From NCBI GenBank assembly GCA_951406725.2, contig OX597816.1, forward strand, positions 105,462,001 through 105,526,000: 64,000 nt of DNA, given 5' to 3'. Shown piece after piece: positions 38,957 to 53,130 of the stretch. How positions within the stretch are numbered: position 1 is the first letter of the stretch; every line of letters begins with the position of its first letter. The notes below the pieces were generated by a model. That model had not been told where the DNA came from. It saw only the letters and a list, made by a program, of their open reading frames with translations, and ran no database searches. This stretch comes from Octopus vulgaris (lineage: Eukaryota). The translations under genes and the position numbers were made by a program.

Positions 38957-41012
38957 CATCATCATCATCATCATCATTGTTTAATGTCCGTTTGTGATGC
39001 TGGCATGGATTGGACAGTTGGACAGGGCTGGCAACGACCCACGCATGAATGGTGCTTATTGCGTACTACCAGCACCAACTAGTCAGGTGGCACTGACATC
39101 GGCCACAACTACAATTTCCATTTGATTGTGATTTGATTTTTGATTTTGATTTTGAATTTGACTCAATAGGTCTTCAAGCACAGCGTGTCACCTGACGATT
39201 CAAAGGTACTTTTTAAATGGGCTGTTTATGTAACACTGGTATAGGCTACAGCTGTGATCTCACTTTATTTGCTGGGTCTTATCACTTGTAGCATATCTCC
39301 AGAGGTCTCGGTCTCTTGTCATTGCCTCTGTGAGGCCAACATTTGAAGGTCATGCTTCACCACCTCATCCCATATCTTCCTGGGTCTCCCTCTTCCATGG
39401 GTTCCCTCCACTGTTAGTTGTTAGGGTGTGACACTTCTTCACACAGCTCTCCTCATCCATATGCAACACATGACCACACGAGCACAGTCATCTCTCTTGT
39501 ACACCACATCTGATGCTTCTTATGTCCACCATTTCTCTCAGGGTGCTTACACTCTGTCGTGTGTGCACACTAACATTACACATCCAGCAGATCATACTAG
39601 CTTCATTTCTTTTAAGCCTACACGTCTTCAGCAGTCATGGCACGTGTTTTACTGCTGTGTAGTATGGCAGTGTGCACACATGCATTATACAATCTACCTT
39701 TCACTCTGAACGAGAGGCCCTTTGTCACCAATAGAAGTAGGAGCTTTCTGAACTTTGCCCAGGCTATTCTTATTCTAGTGGCAATGCTCGCCGAGCATCA
39801 ATCTCCACTACAGACTTGGTCACCTAGGTAGCGGAAGCTATCAACTACTTGTAGTTTCTGCCCCTGGCATATGATAGAATCTGTTTTCTAAGCATCTGCG
39901 GTGTTTATTGCTCCTGTGCATCACAAAAGCTGTCATTCCAGTTAACCTTCCTTTGATGTTGCTGCATCTCTTACGCATCAATAGCTTACACTGGTACATC
40001 TTATAGAGTTTCTACCTACACATTTTCTACAGATAGAGCAGGTTTGTGATGTGTTCACCTTCCTACTTACTAGGACTTTGGTTTTTGCAACATTGAATCT
40101 AAGGCCTTTTGATTTTAAACCTTGCTTCCACACCTGAAATTTCTTCACTAGTTCTGGTAGTGATTCCACTATGAGAGCAAGGTCATCAGCATAGAGAAGC
40201 TTCCAGGGGCAACCTGTCTTGAATTCCTTTGCTTTGTTATTGCCGGGAGGACTATGAGGGGTCCGAGGGCTGATCGTTGGTGAACCCTACTTCTACCTAG
40301 AATTCTTCATTATACTCATTGCTGACCCTTACCTTACTAATGGAATCCCTGTACAGGGCCTGCACAGCTCTTATCAATCACTCATCAATTCCTAGTTTCC
40401 GCATCACGCACCAGATAAGGAATCAGAGGACCCTGTCAAAGGCTTTCTCCAAGTCAACAAAAACTAAGTGTAGGGGTTCATCTTTGGCTAAGTATTTTTT
40501 CTGCAGTTGCCTTACCAGGAATATAGCATCAGTGGTGCTTCTACCTGGCACAAAACTAAACTGCATTTCATCTAAGCAGGCTCTCTCTCTAATTAGTTGG
40601 GCTTTGACCCTCTCTGTGACTTTCACCACCTGATCCAGCAGTTTGATACCCCTGTAGTTATTTCTGTCTAAAGCATCACCTTTACCTTTGTAGCAGTTGG
40701 TTATGGTGCTGCTACACTAGTCATTGGGTTTGACTCTTTCGTGAACTACCTGGTTTACAATACGGATGACTAGACCATAATCCATACCACCAGATATTTT
40801 AAGCATCTCAGCAGTGATTCCTGATGGGCCGGGGCTTTTCCTGACTTTATCTACCAGGGTGCTATCGATTTGGGTAGCTGGTCCCTCTACTGGGTCAACA
40901 ATTGGCAGGCTCTCCTCCTCCCATTCATTCTCCACATTCAACAGCCTTTCATAATGGCTTCTCCAAGCCTCATTCTTTGCAGAATCATTAAAAGCAAGTG
41001 CACCATCATCCA
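38957..41012 (-). mobile_element. 5'-truncated RTE LINE (RT, C-terminus, 3' UTR with (GAT)n tail)
   Basis: GPSGITAEMLK, NYRGIKLL, QFSFVPGRSTTDAIFLVRQLQKKY, FVDLEKAFDRV and LYADDL. Same family as 26082-27389; further fragments at ~43283-43365 and ~61150-61580. Confidence 0.9.
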
Positions 41013-41016
41013 CGTG

Positions 41017-41380
41017 AGTGAAGGTGCATGGCTCAGTGATTAGAGCATGAAGCTTACAATCATGAAGTTGTGAGTTCGATTCCTGGACCGGGCTGCATGT
41101 TGTGTTCTTGAGCAAAACACTTTATTCCATGTTGCTCCAGTTCACTCAGTTGTAGAAATGAGTTGCAATGTCACTGGTGCCAAGCTGTATTGGCCTTTGC
41201 CTCTCCCTTGCATAACATCAGTGGCATGGAGAGGAAAAGCTGGTATGCATGGGTGACTGCTGGTCTTCCATAAAAATAACCCTAGGTTGTGCATTCACCG
41301 GTGAGGTGCCTTTCTGCCCAGACTTGTACCTTGAAGGGGAACCTCTTAGGTGCACCCATGGTCATTTATGACCGACAAAA
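41017..41380 (+). mobile_element. tRNA-derived SINE (family 4)
   Basis: A box TGGCTCAGTGA and B box GAGTTCGATTCC, followed by GTGTTCTTGAGCAAAACACTT; related minus-strand copy at ~2080-2222. Confidence 0.7.
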
Positions 41381-41398
41381 TTGAATTAGAGTTATATT

Positions 41399-41428
<30 letters not shown>

Positions 41429-41431
<3 letters not shown>

Positions 41432-42228
41432 CTAGCAGAGGTACCTGACATTGCTTGGTATTAAAATGGCATAGTTTGTATATATATTACATGTATATTG
41501 AAACAGGTGATACTGGAAAGTGCAGCATTGATGACAAAACATTTGTGGAGTAAATAATGGGCTAATTCGACTAAGCGACATGTCAATCGTCCGTTTGAAG
41601 TATTCCAGGCCCTAAGTTGTTGGGGAAAATTGGGGGTGGGGGCATGTGCATGCCTTTGCTGATCTTAGGAAAGTCCCATTTCCCTTCACTATTGAGACTC
41701 CATTAATTCAAGGGTAAATATGTAATTATAAATACCTTGCAACCTTGCAACTGCTGCAATAATCATGAATTGGGAATTGAACAATAAATGTGCATTGTTA
41801 TATATCTTGGACCTGCTACTTAATTATTTTTTGTCAAGAGTTTCACCTCCAGCAGTTCATTATGTCAGTTAGCATACACTGACATAATTCTGCTGTTATG
41901 GCGGTAAAGACAGAAAGTTGCCGATTCATAATGTTGTTCACATTAGGATATGAATTATTCATTTATTTATCACAGTAGAATTAAAAGTGAAAGAATAAAA
42001 GTGAAACAATATTATATGACATTACAATATAGATCTTATTCTTTCACTTTTGACATGTAATACTGAACCAGTGCTAATGTTATATTGTTTTAATCCAAAA
42101 GGAAAAAGAAAATACATGTTGACACTCATGGGGGCTGATACTATTACCTTGTAAAATTTGATTTGATTTGGTCAAGTCGTTTGAAAATGCATAGAGAACA
42201 GACAGAGAAAGAATTTTATATATATAGA
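41429..42228 (+). mobile_element. Helentron/HINE (DINE-1-like) non-autonomous element
   Basis: Starts (TA)n-TACTAGCAGAGGTACCTGACATTGCTTGG and ends ...GTAAAATTTG...TTGGTCAAGTCGTTTG..ATGCATAGAGAACAGACAGA...TTTTATATATATAG, resembling HINE termini. A similar 3' end lies at ~43040-43150. Confidence 0.5.
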
Positions 42229-43183
42229 CAAGGAAGTCAATTTGCAGACAGATCTTACAAACCTTGTTTGAGCATATAAAGCTCCAGAAGAAAATAGCTT
42301 GAGTGAAAAAACTTGAGCCACTTTAGGATAGCTTTTTCCAATGCATGACTGCTCAGTGGCATGGTTGAAATATCATTGGTTAGCAATAAAGGCTTATCAG
42401 TTGTATGTGACCCATAGCGGTCATATGCACGACTGCACGCACAATGTTTTTCAATAGAGGGGGAAATGTAAATAGTGTATTCACATAGACAGAATGCAAA
42501 AAATTTAGAATAAGTGAAGTAATGTTGTAGGGAGAGCATACAAATACTGTAAAGACATAGATATTTATGCATGATAAAACTGAAATACACTGAAGTCAAT
42601 TTTAAGGCAGATGTGGCAAAACTGAATTTAAACACACTGGGTGAACAAAAATTTAAAGTAACTAAATTATTTTTCTGGGAGAACATACAAAAACCGTAAC
42701 AACAGAGATTTTTATGCACAACTAACTTTAACAACACGGATGTCAGTTTGTAGACAGAAGTTAGTGTGTAAGTTAAAGGGAGAGAGAGAGAGAGAGTGTG
42801 AAAGAAACAGACATAAGCTAAAAGAGAGGAACTATTACAGAGAGTGAGAGAGAATATGCAAAAGCAAGGGAAACAGAGAATAACAAAAAGAGAGAGAAGA
42901 GAGAAATAAACAGAGAGTAAAGAGAGAGAATCAGTTGAAAACTGTAGACGTTTTTAGAGTAAAGCCCATGTAAAACACTGTTTTCCCCAGTTTCTCACTT
43001 TGTGTGGGATCTCTGGGCAAAATGTTACAGTTCATGACTATCCTTGGCACATAAGTAATATGTGTAAAGTTTGGTGAAATTTGGTTGAAAACTGTAGAAA
43101 TGCATACGTACATTACACTCAGACATCCTTTGTTTTATATATATATAGATATATATTAAAGTAACAAAGTTAATGTCTGGTCA

Positions 43184-43247
43184 TAGAGCAACCAATGGTT
43201 TTGCATCCACGAAGGCTGTAGCTTTGCAGACAACTCATCAGACTCTA
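43184..43247 (-). ncRNA. Degenerate type I hammerhead ribozyme
   Basis: Minus strand reads TAGAGT-CTGATGA-GTTGTCTGCAAAGC-TACA-GCCTTCGTGGATGC-AAAA-CCATTGG-TT-GCTCTA. GAAA>AAAA and GUC>GUU both fit CpG decay. Confidence 0.65.
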
Positions 43248-45729
43248 GTCTGAAGACAATTTTAACTCTTCACCTGAAGACATTACACATCCAGCAGATC
43301 ATACTAGCTTCATTTCTTTCAAGCCTACACATGTCTTCAGCAGTCATGCCCCATGTTTCACTGTTGTTTTGAATTAATTATGCATTATCTTGTAGCTGCA
43401 AGGTTTTGATGATGTGATTGCATATTTTGAGAATGACAATGTGTAAAAGGCTAGATCTAGCTGGTATGAACATAAAAACAGGTAAAATATTTTTGTTGGA
43501 CATGGCTGGTTTAAATGCTAAAAGGTCAAGTTCCTTCAAGTTTTTTTTATTAAATTGATGGTTGACAGTTGGTGCAACCATGAACAAAGGGTTTTTTTCT
43601 CCTATATTTCCTTCAGTTCCAAGAAAGTTAATTCCATGTTGAACATTTTAATGTAGTTTTTTCTCATAAGATAGCTTCATCTTGTTAGGTATAAATATTT
43701 GTTTTTGTTTCTTTTTATATTTGTCCATTCTGGAGATTTTAATACCCACTCTTGTGATTACTGGTCACAGAGATTCTTTCTTTTTACTACCTGATGAGTG
43801 ATATAGTGCATAGAACATTCTTGAGGTAAGATCACACATATTTTCTTCATATCATATGTCAGAGGTTAGCTTCTTTTTTCTGTTCTTTCACTTTGTAGTT
43901 TTGGCATCTTTTCTAAAAAATACCATACTAAAATTATTTATGGTATATTCTGGAGCACACAAGCATACACACATTCTTTTCTACTCTAGGCACAATGTCC
44001 GAAATTTTTGGGGAGGGGGCCAGTCAATTAGATCGACCCTGGTACACAACTGGTACTTAATTTATTGACTCCAAAAGGATGAAAGGCAAAGTTGAACTCA
44101 GAACGTAAAGACAAATGAAATACCACTAAACATTTTGCCCAGCATGCTAATGTTTCTGCCAGCTTGCCAATTTAGCATACACACATATTATAAAGTCATT
44201 TTGACTAGAACTTAAAGTTTCAATTGACTAGAAAAAATTTTGCTTCTATTTCATGCCTGTGCCATGTAAAAAGCATTTGTGCTGGTGCTACATAGAAAAC
44301 ACCCAGCACACTCTGTAAAGTGGTAGGCATTAGGCAGGGCATCCAACCATAGGTACCATGTCATAACAGACAATTAGAGTCTGAGCAGCTCTCTGATTGG
44401 CAGCTCCCATTAAACTGTCCAACCCATGCCAATATGGAAAACAAATGTTAAATGATGATGATGATATTTATTTAGGACAAAAGATGGAGAACTTCAGAAG
44501 AAGAAGAAGTGGAGAATAAGGTAGTGAACTACAGTTGTAATTTAGATTCTAAATAAAAGGAGTTTTTATTTTATTAGGAGTAGTAATATGATCAATGGTC
44601 AGGTAAATAAATTCAAAGGTAGGCAAAAGATGGTGAGCAAGTGAGAAAGAACAAAGAAAGAATATATAGAAATAAATAAAATATGTGCACATACAGGAAA
44701 ATAGCACATAGGATGGATCCATGATCATTCAGTATGTGAGAGCAGAAACTGTCTGGACTACTGTTCACATTTATGGTTGTCGCACAGTATTAAACAGCAA
44801 AACTAGAACCGCTGTTTATGAAAAAGATTGTGTCAAAGCAAGTTACTGGGGGATGTTGAAAGCGCTTAAATTCTATTCACTATAGAGAGAAATAGGAAAG
44901 ATATACAATGGACTATATACATAGAAGATCCTTTAAGGGCTGGCTTGCATCAAACTTCAGTATTTAGAAATATATCAATCCAAAAAGTAGTCATTGCTTC
45001 ACAAACCCATAAGTTCTACCTTCCCCTTTGAAAGTCAGGACCTTGTTCTACAATAGACCAATGTTCAAAGGCCCATAGCATCAAAACAAACTGAGCAATC
45101 TACATGAAATGGATATAAATGTATTCAAAAGGTATCTGGATAATATACATTATGAGGGCAGTAGCATTAAATTCCCTCATTCACCAAAAGCTAAGTACTG
45201 TAGAAAAGTACTAATTGCAGAGGCATTGCTTCAGCATGGTTACAGCTGTTGGGCTGGAAATAAAAAAAGAATAAACAAAATTTTGCCCACTGGAATTTAA
45301 AACAATGTGGTTACAAAGTGAACCTTGTAAGCACATACATAAAGTGAGCCTTGTAAACACATGCACATACTCACACACACACAAAAACTTACATTTCAAC
45401 CGTAGCTGCACACACACCCACACATACAAGAGCAAGGGGCAGAGATAGGGGAGATAGAGAGAGAGGGGAGGTTGAGAAAGAAAGTAAACAAGACAAAAAC
45501 GAAAAGAGAAAAACTAATTCATGAAGTGTGAAGTAGTTGAACTCGCAATGCCTGATTGATATTTTAAAATGTCGTTTTTTTTAAATTTTTTTATTTCATA
45601 ACCAATCAAAAATATAAAAAATTAAGCATTTTACTCTTCAATTAGGAATTATTATAATTTGCAGACACAAAAATAAAAAAAAAAAAAATAAAGGAATTAC
45701 AATACACAATGTATATAAGTGTATGTATG

Positions 45730-45816
<87 letters not shown>

Positions 45817-45917
45817 AATAATCACCTGTATATATAATGATATATATACATATGTATATTTTGGGAGTGTTTTCAGTGTTATGTATATATATATACACAT
45901 ATATATTATGTATATGT

Positions 45918-45960
<43 letters not shown>

Positions 45961-45965
<5 letters not shown>

Positions 45966-46149
45966 TAAATTAGAGATAAAACCACTATCAGGCAAATCAA
46001 ATTTATAAGTTTAAATTATTAATTTAAATAATTTTTAAAATCTTAACTTTAATTTAAATATTTTAATTTGGAATTTTATTTCTATGTATTGGCTTAGGTT
46101 TTTCACTGTTTGATTTGCCTGATACTGGTTTTATCTCTAATTTAATATA
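45961..46149. repeat. 41-bp inverted repeat within (TA)n
   Basis: TATATTAAATTAGAGATAAAACCACTATCAGGCAAATCAAA (45961-46001) versus 46109-46149, with one mismatch. Confidence 0.85.
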
Positions 46150-46289
46150 ATATATATATATATTTATACCATAAAATTAGATTTAATCCTAAATCTAATT
46201 TTTCCCTGTAAGTTTGGATTTGCTCCCTAATATTATTATTATTATTATATATATATATATACATATATATATATTATGCATATGTACTA

Positions 46290-46339
<50 letters not shown>

Positions 46340-46498
46340 CATACATACACACACACACAAATGCATTTATGTGTTCATATACATGCACACACATGCATGA
46401 CAGGGTACTGAATGTTTATATCATGCTTAATGATAGCTTTTATTTTATATATATATTACATACATTATATATATATATATATATATATAGAAACATAC

Positions 46499-46537
<39 letters not shown>

Positions 46538-46943
46538 ATATATACACACATACATATACACATAAACGAACATACAAGAAATATTTACAAATGTGTTTAC
46601 ATACAAATGTATGTAACTGACAGAAGAAAGTTTTCAAAAACAATTTTAAGCACAGTCAACTGGGAGGAAAAAAAATAAATATTTTGGCAAATTTCTAACA
46701 AGAATTACAGAGGTTTAATTTAAATATACAGCCATTAGTTATAGCAGCGCAATTGACCTGCGTATGTTTGCACATACATACACACACACTCCTACAGTAT
46801 GTATATGTGCATGTGTGTCTGTGTGTATAATACATGCATACATTTATTTACATACACATATTAACTACATCCATTTCTACATACATACACATAATAGTGA
46901 GTATATGTGTGTGTGAATATATGTTTGTGTGTGTATATATGTG

Positions 46944-46993
<50 letters not shown>

Positions 46994-47682
46994 GTATCTA
47001 TATGTGTCTGTGTGTGAGTATACTTATATATATTTATATACACATAAATATCTGTAACGTGTAAGCAAATACAACCTGTTGCATGTTCAGGTTGTTGGCA
47101 GCTAAACCAGCACCTTCACCAAGGACCTAACATTTACTGCAGATGTGAATACCGAGTTTTGTGTTTAGTGTGAGATACCTCACCCCATAGGTAGATAGTT
47201 GCTCTTTAGTTCTGATTGACAAACTATATAGATGGAAAATCCTTATATGAAAGACCTAGTTTCTATATGTATGTATATTTTGAATGTGGGCATAAAGAGG
47301 CTCAGGTTTATCACTGGATACGCAGTAAAAATTCCAAAATCAAATCAATTGTGGGTCTCCCCTTATTGGAAAAATTTATGAGAAAGCTCTCTAATATATA
47401 ATCTGAGGCTGAGAATAGTAACCAGCCTTCTTACTGTTGCTTGTCATTGGTTATTCAATTGTGAGTACTGAGAGAATGACATACATATTGTACAAATGAA
47501 TGCCGCTGTAATTCAATAATAAACCAATGTATCATCACAGGACGGCTATCATCTGACAAGATGAAGCAATTACCATACACACACTAACACACATACACAT
47601 GTACACACAATAAAGTCATTTTGACTGTCAGTCAAACACTTATGAAGGGAATGTTCTGCAGTGCAAGATGTAAGATATAAAA

Positions 47683-47713
<31 letters not shown>

Positions 47714-48201
47714 TAATTATAATTCTTTCTACTCTAGGCACAAGGCCTGAAATTTTGAAGGAAGGGATAGTTGGTTACACTGATCCTAGTGCTTAACTGG
47801 TACTTATTTTATAGTCCCTGAAGCGATGAAAGGCAAACTTGACCGTGGCAGGAATTGAGCTTAAAATATAATGAGTTGAAAGAAATGCAACTAAGTATTT
47901 TGTTCAGCATGATAACAAATCTGCCAGTTCGCTGCCTTAATAATAATAATAATAATAATAATGATAATAATAATAATGATAATAATAATGGTTTCAAATT
48001 TTGCCACAAGGGTAGCAATTTTGGGGTAGGGAATGAGTTGATTACATCGACACCAGGGTTCAACTGGTACTTATTTTACTGATCCCAAAAGGATGAAAGG
48101 CAATGTCAATCTTGGCGGAATTTGAACTCAGAATGTAGCAATAGGCAAAATACTGCTAAGCATTTTGCCTGGTGTGCTAACGATTCTGCTAGCTCACCAT
48201 C

Positions 48202-48237
<36 letters not shown>

Positions 48238-51200
48238 TATATATATGGTCGACTACTTCACCCAGCTTTCAGAGAGAGTAAGTATTGGGTCAAATTGTTC
48301 CAGTCACAAACCATATTCTACATGTTGACTCGATTTGCCTTGACATTGGAACCAAACTCTGGTTTCGAGTAATGCCTGATACTGTGTAACAGACTATGCC
48401 ATAAGTTCATCATGCACCAGTTATTCACTATCAAGTGAAGTGGACATCTGAAATATACTCTTCTTTATACATACACAGACACTTGTATTATCGTGAATAT
48501 ATTGCATGCACACAAACACATAAATTTATATACATTTTATATTATATACACTTATCCACAAATATATCTCTGTAACAATTTATCATACGTACATGCACAC
48601 AGTCACTCATATGTAAACATACAGGAATATATATATATATTTACACATACACACACACATATGTATGTATATATGTTCAATTTAGAACTTTTTTTATTGA
48701 GAATTTCCCATATTTCCTTTAAGTTCCTTTTTATTTGGTTTGGAGCAACAACTCACCTAAATCCATTGGTCTAAGATTCCAAGACCTTCACAATTTTATC
48801 TTTAAATGAAATTGTTGTAATAGCATACAGTCCATGCTTTCTGTGGTAACTCACAAATGGTGTTAGGAACAATTTTATAAGTGATAAAATTTTATAATAT
48901 ATTGGATTTAAAATTATGTAGCAGTAAGTATTGGCATATTCCATGATGTGCGTGCACATGCATGTGTGTGTTTTTCTTTCTGTGTGTGGTTATGTATGAT
49001 TAATTTAGGCTTATATTTGATTATTAGTAAAGATGAGATATTTGATTAATGTCTCATATTATGCCATGCTGATGATTTCTAAAAAGAAATACTGCTTTAC
49101 ATGATTACCACTGACAAAAAAATTTTAAGTTAGCAACAATAAAATGAAGTATGTATATTTTATGCATCTTTTTCTTTATTCTTTAAGCTCAAATTCAGAC
49201 TTCTAATCCTGCTAAATATTATGAAGAAATGATGATCCCCCACCCCTTGTATTAACTATCTATTAGGGAACTTCACATGTTTTTCGATAATTAATATTTT
49301 TGTGGAATTCTGTATCAAATTATTGTGTTGTTAACTAGTGTTTTTCTCACCAGTTTTGTGTGCTCTACTAGTGCATCTGATGTGCACTTTGAGTAATAAA
49401 ATTTGCAACTTTCATGTTTACATTGAACTATGCATATTACAGTGATTGTCTGAAGTACATTCTGTTGTTTGTTAGGTTCTGGTATTATTGTAATATATTC
49501 TGACAATGATTTGGTGGTTAGGTTTGGTACACTTTAAAACCAGAATACATTTGATTCTTATAGCATGTGGCTTGTGTATTTTTAGTGATTATTGCATCTG
49601 TTGTAGTGTGAGTGAATTTGTTTCTGTATTGGTCTATGACCAGGTCTACTGATCCATTACGATACTCATTATATAAGGCCTGTCTTAGATATAAGATTTC
49701 ATTATTTAAGACTTTTATTAGTGGATAAAAATTGAAATGTTCTAGCTATTGTGCATATATAAGCATTTGTTAGCTTTTTGTATGTATGTAAACTGTGATA
49801 TATGCTATTTCCTATTGCTATGTTTATATTAGGATTGGGTTGGTATTAAGGTCTGAATTTCTGTTGGAGGTATCTTAGAATGTAAATGTAATAGAAAAAT
49901 ACGAACCTAAATTATACACACAGATATATCACACATTACATATATATACCATGATATGAACTCTACCAGGATTTATCTTTGTATGAGTTTAATTCTTGCA
50001 TTGAGGGCTTTATCAATCATAAAATTATTTCCGAGGCTGTTTGCAATTTACTGCAAAATGCATAGACTACATGCTTCAACAAGTTTAATATGAAAATGAA
50101 ATTGTGAAGGTTTCAAAACATAATCCCAATGGACTTAGGAACATAACCATTTAAAATCAAACATGAGCATAAATGTGTTGTAATTATATATTTGAATGAA
50201 AAGCCTGTCTCTGTACAAGTATTATAGGTGACATAAGTATCAGAGATGCTTTGCCCCAAGCAGAAACTGAAGAGGTTACTTAAATGATGATGATACCATC
50301 TCTTGATGGTAACTAAAGTAAACCACATTGTTGGGAATTCTTCTCATCTTCAGCAGGTATTGCAGGGTCATGAGCTTTTCTTCATTTAAATTGAGCTAAA
50401 GGAGCAACCCAATATCAACAAAACAAGACAATGTATTTTTGTTAACAGGAGTTAAGACAAAGAAATTACAGATAAATGTAGGTATCTATATATCTATTAT
50501 TTTTCTTCAAAGCCATATATCATTAAAAATACCTGGATATAGAAAGCAACTTTTTCAGTCTCTCTCTCTTTGCTTTTGTGTTTTAACAATGAAAGTATGT
50601 TACATTTTTCAGAGTTACAAATAAAATATATACATCTACCTACATTATTGCTACTTGAAGTTTCCCAACATTCACTGTCATTCAGGTTGCCACAAGCTGG
50701 GTGTATAGTATTTAAATTGATACTAAATTGTTTACATTTGTCTCTAGGATACTTGAATGACTGCATGTTTAGAGGAAACTCTGAGAAGCAATGAATTGAT
50801 CATCAGTGTCTCCTAATATAATAACAAGTGCTACAAACATTCATTTGTATTCAAAATGTATATATATATACACACACACACACACAGCTATTTATATGTA
50901 TTTGTATCTGGCTATCCATATACATACATACATATATATAAATACAAACACAGTATATACACAAACATATCTATATATATACAGACATATATATGCACAC
51001 ACACACACACACATATATATATATGTTTATATATGCATGTGTGTGTCTGTGTAAGTGTACACACATGTATATACACATATGCATACATACATGTATATGT
51101 ACATATATGCATGTGTACGCATATAAAACATAAAAACAAAAATTATGAACATACCATGTATGTGTATGTGTGTGTGTGTGTGTGTGCGCGCATGCACACA

Positions 51201-51866
51201 CTGATGAATGTGAAAGTTTGTAAGATGGTAAACACATACACTTTAGTTTATGTTACATACATACCTCCATGGTCACATGCATACTTAAACATGCAATACA
51301 TATGGACAAGCAGGCATACATATATTCAAACCTATTATACATTTGGATATAACAAGTAAATATCACAAGAAATCATTTGACTGACTTGTGTATAACATTG
51401 AATGTATATCTATGAACTAATATTCAACATTTTCTCCCTTGTGTATTATTTAACTTTGTACTACGTAATTTGTACCACAATTTAAAAGAAGAGGTATTCT
51501 TATACTTATACCACAAACACACATTATTTCCCCTTTCTTTCTCTCAATCTCAAAATATACATACACAAAATTACATATATATTGGGAATGTCTGTGTAGT
51601 TAAGATGTATATATATATGTATATATGTATACATATATATGTGTATATATATATGAAAGTATATGCAATGTGTATGAGCAATAAAACATTATTTTATAGG
51701 TGACGTTTAAAAGGCACTGAAAAGCAATAGATATGGTCACATTGAAAGCAAAATATTTATTATTATTATTATAATATTTTTAGCATGTCATGCATGTAGA
51801 AACATCCCCAAATCCATATATACATACATATTTATATATATATATAACATACATATATACTACATA

Positions 51867-51903
<37 letters not shown>

Positions 51904-51906
51904 TGT

Positions 51907-52053
51907 TATATTTTTACTAATATTTAGCAAAAGCAACAGAGTGACTCAGCAGATGAGGGTTTCGTGCATAAGTATGTTTGATAAGTGCTAATGCATGAAA
52001 CTCTCGGACCATGAGTCAGTCTGTTGCTTCTGCTAAATATTAACAAAAATATA
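51907..52053. repeat. Imperfect long hairpin (69-bp arms, 9-nt loop)
   Basis: 51907-51975 is roughly 80% complementary to 51985-52053. Confidence 0.85.
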
Positions 52054-52080
52054 CATATATTTATATTTTGCTTCACCATA

Positions 52081-52120
<40 letters not shown>

Positions 52121-52329
52121 GTATGTATGTATGTATGTATGTATGCATGCATGCATAGCTGACAATGCAGTTTATACATAAAATACTTCCTTATAGACAA
52201 GATCACATACTCTCAATTAGATCTACATCAAATTCATTTTGTCTGAATGGGGATGAATATACACACATTCACACACATTTAAATATAGACATTTTAAAGA
52301 ACACTATACTTTGCATACTAGCAGAGAAC

Positions 52330-52465
52330 AGATAAATGTATTTAATACACACATACATATACATAAAACATGTGTACACACAGACACACACACACACGTT
52401 TGTATGTCTGTGCAGTGCATGTGTGTGTGAGTGTGTGTATGTGTATATATATGTGTATATATATG

Positions 52466-52556
<91 letters not shown>

Positions 52557-53130
52557 ATATATATGTATATATGTATGTGTGTGAATGTGTGCATGTATAT
52601 GCTAGACACACACACATACATATATATATATAAATATACGTACATTTGTGTGTATATGTATATTATAAATGCATTAATCAAATATATATAATTTATAGAT
52701 ATACAAAAAAAACTTAAATGCAAGTAAACACACATAAACATACACACAAATATGCATATACATGCATAAATATACAAAACAAAATTATCTTGCCTATATA
52801 TGTTTATATATGTGTGTATGTGTGTGCATATATATATAGAAACAAACATATATATGTATACTTATATGTAGACATTTACATTACATACACTTTTTATACA
52901 TATATACATACATATATATATATGTATGTGTGTATATATATGTATCTATACACATGTGCGTGCATGTGTGTGTGTGTGTATGTGTGAGTGTGTGTGTATC
53001 TATGAACATACACAAATACATGGATGCAGAAATGCAAAAAATTAACCCAGCCCAAACCACATGCCCTTTCTCTCATACACACACGCATACACACAAATAA
53101 ATACACACAATTTCATATATGCATATACAT
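52330..53130. repeat. Compound (TA)n/(CA)n/(TG)n/(TATG)n microsatellite field (representative of many)
   Basis: Directly visible. Similar fields at ~2640-2790, 6550-6810, 13850-14270, 14670-14950, 16830-17200, 23180-23420, 28750-28970, 45730-47050 and 50850-51200. Confidence 0.95.

Noticed and set aside
43771-43825. Possible exon ending in GAG|gtaaga
   Set aside because: Poor polypyrimidine tract and unrecognisable peptide.
50806-53106. Many Tyr/Ile/His/Thr/Cys/Val-rich ORFs here and throughout the window
   Set aside because: Translations of (TA)n/(CA)n/(TG)n microsatellites.
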